A DNA stretch of 64,000 nucleotides from Antechinus flavipes. Lineage: Eukaryota. The translations under genes and the position numbers were made by a program. The number at the start of each line of letters is the position of its first letter. Position 1 is the stretch's first letter. The notes below the pieces were generated by a model. The model was not told the origin of the DNA, made no database searches, and saw only the letters and a program-made list of their open reading frames with translations. Of the stretch, positions 37,020 to 54,509 are shown piece by piece. The DNA lies in NCBI RefSeq assembly GCF_016432865.1, contig NC_067400.1, positions 624,650,001 through 624,714,000 on the forward strand. Reading direction: 5' to 3'.

Positions 37020-37823
37020 CTGCGTCAATGACAGTAACAGTAGCAGGCTGCGGAGCGCCTTCGCTCCGTCTCTCTGGGTTCTTGCTTAGGGCAGGAGGGG
37101 GAGGGAAGGCCAGGCGGCCTTTGAAGCGCAGCACGAGGGGGACAGGGGTTTGTTAGACGGAGGCAGAGGCCCTGAGGTGAGGGGCTCGCGGGCCCTTCCC
37201 GGTGGGTTCGTCTTTGTCTCCGCGGCCTCGCGGGCAGAGGGCAGCGCTTTCCGTGTGTATCCGAGCCTCCTAGCACGTGTCCACTCTCCCGGCCACTGCG
37301 GCCACCGCTAGGACACCCCGTGTCGTGCATAGCGTTAAGTGCAGACGGGGTGGGGGTGGGGGTGCACGCAGCGTTTAAGGGCAGACGGAGGGGAAGGGGG
37401 GCGGGGCGGGCAGGGTGTGTAGCTCGTCTCTCGGAGCCAGGTGAGCTCCTGAAGGGGCTGGCTGCCAGGAACAAAAACACGGCCCGGAGACGGGTGGGCG
37501 AAGACCCCGTGGTGTGGCGTAGGGTCAGGCTGGTAGGAGCACAGACGGGGCGGAGCCTGATCCAGTCTTTGCGTCTAGTGCCTGCCTCGCTTTACCGAGA
37601 AGGCAGACGAGGCCCAGGGAGGTGGGGCGGAGTCTCGGGAGCCCGCACCTGGCGCCCCGAGCCGGCAGGGGCGGAGCCCGATGACATGGGGCGGGGCGCG
37701 GAGGGATCTTCGGAGCTGCGCTGCGCCCTATATCCGCGCCCGCTTGCGGGGGACGCCTCATTTCCTTTCTCTCCACCTGCCACAGCAATTCGCCCACAGA
37801 CCGTCGCTCGCCCTCCTCGGGCC
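37020..37823 (+). promoter_or_regulatory. ATF5 CpG-island promoter
   Basis: GC boxes at about 37670-37700, TATA-like CTATAT 37728-37733, Inr-like TCATTTC 37758-37764. Confidence 0.7.
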
Positions 37824-37835
37824 ATGGCCCTGTAG
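37824..37835 (+). other. ATF5 uORF1 (Met-Ala-Leu-stop)
   Basis: GCC ATG GCC CTG TAG in strong Kozak context. Fits the 3-codon uORF1 of ATF4/ATF5-type ISR control. Confidence 0.85.
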
Positions 37836-37946
37836 CTCCGTCCCGCCGCCCCTGCCGCGCTTCGGCGCCTCCCGCGCTCGGCCTCTCGGCTCCCTCAGCT
37901 TCTGCCGCCTCCTTCACCACCGGGGCCTTCGCCCTCCGTCGCAGCC

Positions 37947-38880
37947 ATGGAGTGAGTACCGGGGCGCGCCTTCCCGCCCGTATCTGTGCAGAGTCCCCGA
38001 CGCCTCCTCGACTCCCGGGAGGATGGACTTGGGACTGCAGGGCTGCGTTTAGTTTGGGCGCGCTCAGTCTGGACGCATGGGCAGTTCTCCGTTACCTGCC
38101 TTACCCTATACAACGCACCTGTCAAGGAGGGGGTGGGGTTTGGTAAAAGTCTGCGGAGCGGTTTTTTGGAGGGGGCGGAGCTTTATAGAGCCCTTCTAGA
38201 CAGAAGCCCGGACTTATGGAACGATCTTTGGGGAAGGGGCGGAGCTCTCAGGAGCCGAGGTCGGGAGGAGCGGGCTTTGTAGAGTGTTTTATGGAGAGGG
38301 GCGGAACTTCTAGAGTCGCCCCTTCAGGCGGGCGGGTGGAGCCTTTTGTGGAGGAGGCGGGACCTTACAGGAGGGCAGGGAGGGGTGGGCCTCCAAGGCA
38401 TACAGGGCCGGGTTTATAGGAAGCCATTGAGGAGGGGGTGATGCGTGGGGCGGGGGCGGGCTTAGGGACAGACACTTGGAGAATGGTGGGTGGGACCCTG
38501 ACTGGAATTCCTCTGGGAAAGGGCGGGGCCTAGCGTGTAGCTCCTGTGTGCTGGGGGGGGCGGTTCTCTTTAGCCAATGGGCTGAAGGAGGATACTGGTC
38601 CTTAGCCCCGCCTTCACACCTTCAGGTAAACAGCTTTGCCTCAGCCAATGGGCAAGAGGAGGCGGAGCTTCATCTCCCCCCTTCTTCCCATAGGTTCTCC
38701 GCCTCTGCCACCCTCCCGCTGAGCAGCTTTCACCCTCATCGGAGCCTCCTCCAGCTGGGTCTTGCCTCGGCCTCCACGTGCTCGCCCCATCTTCGAAGCC
38801 CAGGCCCACGCAGTCCTGGCCGCCATGTCTCTCCTGGCGGCCCTGGGGCTGGAGCTGGACAGGGCCCTGCTCCCAGCTAG
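37947..38880 (+). other. ATF5 uORF2, 63 aa, spliced, overlapping the main ORF out of frame
   Basis: ATG GA|gtgagt (37947-37951) joins acceptor 38694. Ends ...[18 protein letters not shown] at 38880, 56 nt past the ATF5 ATG. Confidence 0.85.
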
Positions 38881-39701
38881 CGGGCTGGGCTGGCGGGTGG
38901 ACTACGGGAAGCTCCCCCTGGCCCCGGCCCCCCTGGGTCCCTATGAGGCCCTGGGGGGGGATCTGGAGGGGGGGCTTCCCGGGGGTAGCGAGCCCCTGGC
39001 AGGTAAGGCAGAGGGGAGGAAGGGGGGGGGCAGGGTGGAGGACCTTCCCTGCCTGACCCCTGCCCCTCCCCCGTCTAGGTGACGGCTTCTCGGACTGGAT
39101 GACAGAGCGAGTGGACTTCACTGCCCTGCTCCCCCTGGAGCCCCCCGCAGCCCCCGGTGCCCTCCCGCCACCATCTCCATCTCCTTCCCCTCCAGACCTT
39201 GAGGCCATGGCCTCCCTGCTGAAGAAGGAGCTGGAGCAGATGGAGGACTTCTTCTTGGATGCTCCTCTCCCACCCCCCTCCCCTGTGCCTGTAACCCTTC
39301 CTCTGCCCCCCTTTGACCTCCCCCAAGCTCCTCTGGATACCCTTGATCTATTGACCTTCTACTGTGGTGGGGAGCCCGGGCGGGGTGAGGGGGAAGGCGG
39401 GGAGGTCTTTCGAGCACCCCTGCCCACCCCACCTCCCCCTCGGCCGGCCCCTTACCCAGTGCCCCCCTCAAGGGGAGACCGAAAACAGAAAAAGCGTGAC
39501 CAGAACAAGTCAGCTGCACTCAGGTACCGCCAAAGGAAACGGGCAGAGGGGGAGGCCTTGGAGGGCGAGTGCCAGGGGCTGGAGGCCCGCAACCGGGAGC
39601 TGCGGGAGCGGGCCGAGTCGGTGGAGCGCGAGATCCAGTACGTGAAGGACCTGCTCATCGAGGTGTACAAGGCGCGAAGCCAGAGGCTGAGGAGCACTTA
39701 G
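38825..39701 (+). CDS. ATF5: Activating transcription factor 5 (bZIP), 266 aa
   Basis: Exons 38825-39002 and 39079-39701. [23 protein letters not shown]..., [13 protein letters not shown], b[62 protein letters not shown]. Confidence 0.97.
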
Positions 39702-39959
39702 GGGCCGCCCTGCTCTCGGGCTTCCTCTCCCCTGGTGGGCCAGGGCCGGCCTTTGCAAGCCAGTGCCTATTTCTCTAAATAGACCTTGGTTAAGGCCGCG
39801 GGCCCTGACCTCAGGAAAGAAGTCAAGGGGGAGCTTCCCCTCCAAACCTGGGGCTCTTATTTGAAGATTAGGCCGCTGGGGGGTGGTTGGGCAGGGATGG
39901 TGGTGGTGGGTTTTGACCGGGAGACTTGAGGGGGGACCTGGACCTAAGGCTTTGTAACT

Positions 39960-39965
39960 AATAAA
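39960..39965 (+). terminator. ATF5 polyadenylation signal AATAAA
   Basis: AATAAA followed by a GT-rich element. Confidence 0.8.
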
Positions 39966-40117
39966 CGAATAGACTGTCCTGGGCTCTGTATGTCTGTGTC
40001 TTTGGGGGGCTGCGGAATCCCAAGAGGGGCCCATCCCCTGCGTTCAGACCTTGCTGTAGAGTGGCACCCCCTTCCCTTCCCCCACACAGTCAGTCCGTGG
40101 CTCTGGAGTCCCAAAGT

Positions 40118-40123
40118 TTTATT
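40118..40123 (-). terminator. LIG1 polyadenylation signal AATAAA
   Basis: TTTATT about 50 nt beyond the LIG1 stop. Confidence 0.8.
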
Positions 40124-40171
40124 GGTCATAGGTAGCACCCGTGCTCTGCTCCCCAAGGCAGGCTGGGGGAG

Positions 40172-47374
<7,203 letters not shown>

Positions 47375-47879
47375 GGCGGCTCCGGGGGCTTCTCTCTGCT
47401 GCCTCCTGTAAACCAGAGCAGGCGCTGGGGACGGCGGGGGGCACCTGGCACTGCCCCGCTCCGTGGCCCGCTGTCCTCCGCCTCGGGTCGGACCCTCCCG
47501 CCCCGCTCCCTGTAGGGGGCGCCCTCCCCGATGCCCCCTGACTCCCGGGGCTTTGTGGACTGCCTGCCGCCTATCCTGGGCCCTGCCTGTCACTGGAAGC
47601 ATTTATTAGGCACCTGCTGTGTGCGGAGGCGGACAGAAGCAGAAGGGCCCGGCCCTGTCCTCACCGAGCTTACAGTCTAAGGGGAGCACGTGACTACAGG
47701 CTCGGCCACAACGCCGGAGGGAGGGAGGGGCGACTTGACCGACCCGCTGCGGGGGTCACAGCCTCTACGACGGCCCAGGGCCCGAGGGGGGCGGGGGACA
47801 CCCGGACCCAGGGGCAGACGGGGCATTCGAGGCTGACGAGGCTCCACCCCACAGCTCGGGCGTCAGTTCTCTTCTGGGG

Positions 47880-48520
47880 CGTTCAAGGTCTCCCCCTCCC
47901 CCCCACCTCGGCCGGCTCCGGCTGGCGCATGCGCAGAGACCCTCGCTCCTTTTCCTCCCTCTGCCAGCTGCGGCCACGGTCCGGCCGGCCTGGAGCATGC
48001 GCACATGGTTGTGTATGTGTTGGTGCGTTGTGTCAGTACGTCTTTCTGTGTCGTTTGTCCCCCCACGAGCTGACCTCCTTTCGCGTGACGCTGCCGAGAC
48101 TCCAACTCCGGCTCCGAGAAAGGTTCAGGCTCCGCTCCCGCAAAGGCTCCAGTTCCGGCTCCGGCTCCACTCCCCTAGCACAACTTCGCGCCTCAACTTT
48201 CGCGCGCTGAGACGCTGGGGCCGAGTGACGTCACGGGACAGAGCCCGCCCCTTCTCTTCGCGGGACACGCTGGGAGTTGTAGTCTGGCAAAGGGGGTGGG
48301 GCAGCTCTCGGACGAGAAGCTGGGGGTTGGGTTAGGCCGAGGTTCCTGGACAGTCGCTCGCGGGGCACGATGGGAAGAAGGACAAGCACCGTCCCAGAGG
48401 AAGAGAAACAAGGCATTCTGGGAAGAGGGACGGGCCAGGCGCCTGGCCTCGCGGGGCATTGTGGGAGGGTCCAAGCCGTCAGGAGCCGTTCGTTCTGGCT
48501 CTGAGCGGGCGGGAGGGGTG
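47880..48520. promoter_or_regulatory. LIG1/ZSWIM9 bidirectional promoter
   Basis: NRF1 GCGCATGCGC 47925-47934, E2F TTTCGCGC 48198-48205, CRE TGACGTCA 48226-48233, ZNF143/THAP11-type ACTACAACTCCCAGC (reverse) 48269-48283. Candidate first-exon donors at 47907 (-) and 48517 (+). Confidence 0.8.
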
Positions 48521-49006
48521 AGTGATGGGGAGGGAGAGAGAAGGGAGAGATGCACATCTGGAGGGAGGGTGGTCACAGCTGGAAGCTGCGGGGGTGGTGC
48601 ACGGTGGGAGACTCCACATCTGGGAGAAGAGAAATGGAGCAGCTGGATGTCGGAGTGCCACATCTGTGGGAGGGAGGGGCACAGCTGGAAGCCCGACACG
48701 CTCCGTCTGGGGGAGGGAGGGGCACAGCTGGGGGCAGGCGTGCCCCATCTAGGGGAGGGAGGGGCACAGCTGGGTGCCGGCACGCTCCGTCTGGAGAGGG
48801 CGGGGCAAAGCGGGCTAGAGGGGGGATGGTCGGAGCCCCGCAGGAGGCAGGGCTAGGGTCCCCAGGACTAACTCCAGGTTCAGGATCTGCCATCTTGGGG
48901 GGCGTGGAGCCTCCCTCCCTAGCCTGCCCAGTGGTCAGTACTGAGTCAGGGTCGCTCCTGAGCTAACCTCCCTCTTGACTTCTGACTCTCTGGCAGCTTC
49001 CCCAGG

Positions 49007-52000
49007 ATGGAGGAGGAACTGGAAGCAGAGCCCGAGCCCGGGCGAGGACTGGAGCTGGAGCCGCAGTTGGAGCCAGAGGCGGAGCCAGAGGCGCAGCCGG
49101 AGCCAGAGCCGGTGCTTGAGCCAGGACGAGAGCTGGGGCTTGAACCCCAGCCGGAGCCCGAGCCCGAGCCCCATCCGGAGCCAGTGTTGGATCCAGAGCT
49201 AGAGTCCCAGCTGGAGCCAGAATCAGAGCCAGAATCAGAGCCCCAGCTGGAGCTGGAAGGGGAGCTCAGACAGGAGCCAGGGCTGGAGCCGGCGCAGGAG
49301 CCAGAGCCGAGGTCGGCCTGGGCCGAGGCCACCGCGGCCCAGGAGGAGCGGGAGCTGCAGGACCGGGAGTTCTTCTCGTGGGCCGAGTTCAGCCGCTTCT
49401 TCGACGCCTGGTGTCAGCAGCACCGGGCCCTCTTCTTCGTCAAGAGCTCCATGCACCTGGCCAAATGCCGCTGGGCCCTGGACACCCAGCTCCACGCGCT
49501 CATCGACGTCCTCAAATACAGCTACGTGCGGCTGGTCTGCAAGGACGTGCGGGCCCCGGCGGGGCGGCCGGGCCTGGCGGGGTGAGAGGCGGGCGGGGGG
49601 CTGGCGCTTCTGCCTTGATGCCCCTCCCCCTTGGCTGCGGGAAGGGCGCAGAGTTCTCTTGCTCCCGCGCGTCGGTTCCGTTCAGTACGCGGTGCCGTGT
49701 ACCCGCTTGGCCTCCAGCGAGACCCAAAGGCCACCTTGCTTCAGTGGTTCCCCTTTCCACTTCCCTTCCACGGCTACTCATTGCCCACGAATAAAGTTTA
49801 ACCTCCCCCAGTGAGGCCCTTCCAGCCTCCCGGCCCATCCTTAAGTACCGGGACTCTCCTAGAGAAATGGTGTGGAGGCAGAGTGGGCGGGTCACTCCAG
49901 GGAGGCACTTCTCTGGGCCCCTTACCCTGCCCCCTCAGGCCCTGGCCAGCTCCACATCTCTCTGCTTTGCTCACTCTTTCCCATGTGCCCCATTGCTGGG
50001 CGCCGTCCTGCGCTCAGGATAGTTGAGGCATCTTCTGGGGTTCCCATGGTCATTTCTAGGGCTTCCACGGGCCAGGAGCTTGCCCCCAGTGTCTCCTGTC
50101 TTGGGGCCCCCCTCCTTTACACTGATGGCCGCCCCCAAGGTCTTGGGATGCCTTTTGTGTCCGATTGGATCCTCGTGCTCTTGTGGGCAGGTCACACCGG
50201 CTCTTCTGTGGCCCCGAATTGATTTTAGGATTCTCTTATTGCATTTCCTTTTGAAATAAGGCCCCCAAGACTGTTTCAGCACGACCGGGGGGGAGGCAGA
50301 AGCAGGACTTGGGCAGGGATCTGTGGGTTTAGGAAGAAGAAATGCTCCAAGATTAGAGAGAGGGAAGCATTGATTCTGGTGGGAGGAAGACGGGGAACAT
50401 TGGAGCTTTGTGGAGGGGATGGTAAAGGGAGTCTAGATTGGGACAGACGCGCCCACTTGTGGGGTAGTTATGGAGTGTTATCTGGCCAGTAGGGAGAGGC
50501 CAAAAGGCAGCGTAAGTCCGGTGATCAGAGAGGGCGCTTTAGGACGAGAGGAAGAAGGCTGGATTGGGAGTCAGCGTTCGATCCCCGGCCCTCACTGGCC
50601 GTCCATTTCTTCTTCTGTGAAAGGATGGCATCGAGCGATGTGCCCTTTAGCCCTCTTCCAGCCCTAAAGCCTGGGAGGCGGGCGGCCGGGTGACCTCTCC
50701 CTGTCCCTCTCTTCTGACAGGAGTCCCCAGACGGGCTGCCCAGCTTTCATCATCCTGAAGCTCAGCCCCCTCCGGGACCGCCTGGTGGTGACCGAGTGCC
50801 ACCTGACCCATTCACACCCCGCCTGCCCACTGGAGTTTGCCTACTATTTCCGCCCGGGCCATCTTCTCGCCAACGCCTGCCTCCCCGTCCGCACCACCAA
50901 CAAGATCTCCAAGCAGTTTGTGGCCCCCGCGGACATCCACCGCCTCCTGTCCTACTGCAAGAGCCGGGACCACGGTGTCCTCGATGCCCTGCATGTCTTG
51001 GAGGGGCTCTTCCAGGCTGACCCGGAGGCCAAGGTGCTAGCTTCGCATGGGGCAGGCAGAAGGGGCGGGGGGACCGGGGCAGGGGGGCTGGAGCCGGAGC
51101 CTGGCTCTGATCCTTGGGTGGGCCGAGGGGAGGAAGAGATCAAGGGCGCTGCCTGGGGGGCTTTGGCGGGGAGCCGCTGTGGGTGTTCTTGGGGAAGAAG
51201 AGGGGTGGGGGTGGCAGGGTGACTGGAGTTGGGGGGCGAGGGCCGGCTCTTCCCAGGGTGGTGATGAGCATCTCTGAGAGCTCAGGGACATGTTGCGGGG
51301 GAGTGGGAAGGGCCCTAGATGCTGAGTTCCTGTGAGTGCTCCCCCTGGGGGGCCGGTCTGTGCATGGGAAGAGCCTTGCCCCATCTGGATGGGGATGAGG
51401 GACGAACTCCCTTTGCTCCGTTTGGCTCCATAAGGCAGAGCAGGAGGAGGAACGGGCAGGGAAACGCAGACAGTTTGGGTTTGCTGTAAGGAGCCGGCTT
51501 CCCGCCATCCCAGACTGGAATGGGCGACCGCTTCCCTCTCCCTGGGGTCTTGAAGCAGAGGCTGCTGCCCGTTGACATCTCTTTGGGTACTAGTTGGACT
51601 GAATGCCCCAGAGGGCCTTGGGCGCTCTGGGGACCTCTCTCTGCCTCAGTATCTGTTTATTCACTGAGGAGTTGGGCTGGCTGTTCTGTTCCTTCTGACA
51701 CTTGACCTGGGATCCCATGATCCCTTTCCACTCTGAGGTTCCCTGGGATGATCATGTCTCATTTTACAGAAGGAAACTGAGGCCCAGACTGTGGCAGAGA
51801 CCGGGACGCCTCAAGGCCCCATTTTTCCAGCTAAGGGAATGACTGAATTTGGGGAGAACTTTGGTTCTCAGTAAGCAGCTTTAGTGCTGACGGGGAGAGA
51901 TGATCTCTTGGTCACACCAGGAGCTGTGTATGTGCGCGCACCATTGGTGCCAGCGTGGCACATGCCCCCTGGGCACTGGTCCCCCTAACTACCCTCCCCC

Positions 52001-54509
52001 TGGCCCGGGCCCTCTACCCGAGGTGCACTGGAGAGGCTGGAGGAGGAGCTGACTAATCGCACCCCGCCTCGTAATGTTGGGCAAGTCCTCCCCTTCCCAG
52101 GCCTGGGCCGTTGGATTACGGGCAAGCTGGGCTAGTTAGCCCCAATGCCGTCACCCCCAAGGCGCTACTGACAGGGACCAGTGTTCCAACGGAGAGTCCG
52201 TCAGGCAGGAGGAGGGAGACGTGCCAAGGGCCAGAATCCCTAATTTTTAGCCACGGGGCTTGTTAGGAGGGCAGCGGGTAAGGGAGCCAGCGGAAGCCTG
52301 GAGAGGGAGCCGGGCAACTGCCCGTCCCGGGCCCTTGGTCAGGCGAAGGCACACGTGGGTCCGGGGTGGGAACGGGAGTACTTGTGGGTACTCGGCTGTG
52401 GGAATGTGGAGAGGGTGGGCACAGTTGTGTGTGTCTGGGCCACCCCCAGACCGTCCGTGCGTGTGCAGGCAGGGATTCGGGCACGTGGGCCGGGCAAAGG
52501 CTGAGATGAGGGGGAGGGGCTGCGGCCCTCGGGCGTGGGCATGGGCTTGAGCCGCGCCCGGGAGAGAAGGAGCCGCCGTCCTTGCGCGTCCCGTGGATGG
52601 GGCCGGGGCGGGACCTTCCGGTGTCCCGTGGGCTCGGAGCCCCCGCCTCCCCGTGTGCCTGCGGGAGCCGCGGGTCTGACTCTCCGCCCCTCCCCCCCAG
52701 GTGAAGCTGGTGTTCGTGGAGGACCAAGCCGTGGTGGAGACGGTCTTCTTCCTGACGTCCCCCATGATGGCCCTGCTCCGCCGCTTCCCCCTCATGCTGT
52801 TCTTCGACAGGCTCCCCGGGCTGCAGGGCACCTTCGACCTGGCCACCGTGCTGTGCGTGGACGACCGCGGGCGCGGGCGCGAGGTGGCCTGCTGCCTCAC
52901 GCGCCAGACCTCCCCGGGCCTCCTGCGCTTCACGCTGGCCTCGCTGGTGCAGAGCGTCCCCGAGATCAAGGGCCGCGTGCGCTGCGTCACCGTGGGGCCC
53001 GAGGTGGGCACGCAGCTGGAGGCCGTGCGCGAGCTGCTGCCGGGCGCGCGCGTGCAGATCTGCCGCGTGCAGGTGCTGGAGACGCTCTTCAGCAAGGCGC
53101 AGGAGCTGGGCGGCGCGGGGGAGGACCCGGGGCTCTGGCCGCTGCTCTGCCGCCTGGCCGGGGCCGCCTCGGCCGCCGCCTACATGGAGGCGCTGGCCGA
53201 GCTGCGCGCCACCTGCCCGGCCGCCTTCGTGGACTACTTCGAGCGCAGCTGGGCGCCCCGCAGGGCCATGTGGGTGCGCCTGTGGGCCTTCGAGACGGCC
53301 CGCAACGTGGACGCCTGCGCCCTGGTGCGCGGGCACCGGCAGCGCCTGCTGCGCGGCCTCAGCCCCTCGCCCACGGTGGCCCAGTGCATCCGCGACCTGG
53401 TGGCCCTGCAGCGGGGCCACGGGGACGGGGAGGGGCCGGCGGGCGACGAGGGCCCGGCCAAGGCCCCTCCCAGCGGCCCCGGGGCGGGGCTGGAGAACGG
53501 CGGCAGGTGGGGGGCGCAGTGGGGGGATCGAGGCGGGCGGGGGATGCGGGCGGGGGAAGGAGCCGCGCAGTCGGGGGACAGGGGACCGAGACTGGGGGGC
53601 TTCCAGGGAGGAGAGCCCGGGGACAGGGCCGAGTGGGGGGCGCGTTTCGGGGAGAGAGACGTGCAGCTTGTGGACGGAGGGGAGAAGGAGACGCAGTTGG
53701 GAGACAGGGGGATGTTCTTGTGGGAAAGAAGCGGCCACTTAGGAGACCGGGAGGAGAGGGCCCGGCAGCCTGGGGGAGGCGGCGTCCAGTTGGGGGAGCG
53801 AGGAGAGAGGGGGCTGCCTTTGTGGGAGAGAGGCGTGCCGCTGGGGAGCAGAGGGGAGCGGAGGCTGCCGCTGGGAGACAGAGGGGAGAGGGGCTTCCGT
53901 CTGTGGGAGCGAGGCGTTCAGTTAGGGAGCAGAGAGGCGAGCAGGACGCAGTTGGGAGACGGCGACGTACAGCTGGTGGTCGGAGGGGAACGGACAGAAT
54001 GGGCTGCGGGGGGCCTTCAGCTGGACGCCAGGGGGGACAGGGGGCCGCGTTTGTGGGATGGAGGGCAGACGATGCAGCTGGGGGACAGAGAGGAGCCCGG
54101 GGCCGCCTTCGGGGAGCTTCAGGGAAGAGGGAGGGCGGGCGGGGTTGCGGAGGAGAGGCTGGGAGCCCGGAAGCGGCCCCGAAGTTCCTCGGAGGAGGAA
54201 GATTGGGAGCTGCTGTCCAGATTCCGGGCCGTGTGCGGGCCAGAACTGGCCGGCCTGGTGGCTGAGGAGCTGACCTTTGCCCGGCAGCACGGGGTCAGGG
54301 GCTTCCGCTGGACTGGCTCGGGCTACACTCTGCAGGACGGGACCTCGGACTTCCTCCTGGACGCGGCGCTGACGCGCTGCAGCTGCTCCATCCACGCCGC
54401 CCGCCACCTCCCCTGCCGACACCTCTTTGCTGCCCGCCTGGTGGTGGGGGCCGCCCTGTTCCACATGGACCTGCTCAGGGACAGCTGGGGAGGGGCCCCC
54501 GAGCCTTGA
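49007..54509 (+). CDS. ZSWIM9: Zinc finger SWIM-type containing 9 (C19orf68), MULE-transposase-derived, 898 aa
   Basis: Exons 49007-49581, 50721-51033, 52701-54509. 2697 nt in frame. [81 protein letters not shown]. Head to head with LIG1 as in human. Confidence 0.95.

Noticed and set aside
52263-54265. 576-aa (+) and 491-aa (-) ORFs overlapping the ZSWIM9 exon, and a 483-aa (-) ORF over the paralog
   Set aside because: Shadow frames expected from very high GC3. Low-complexity translations.
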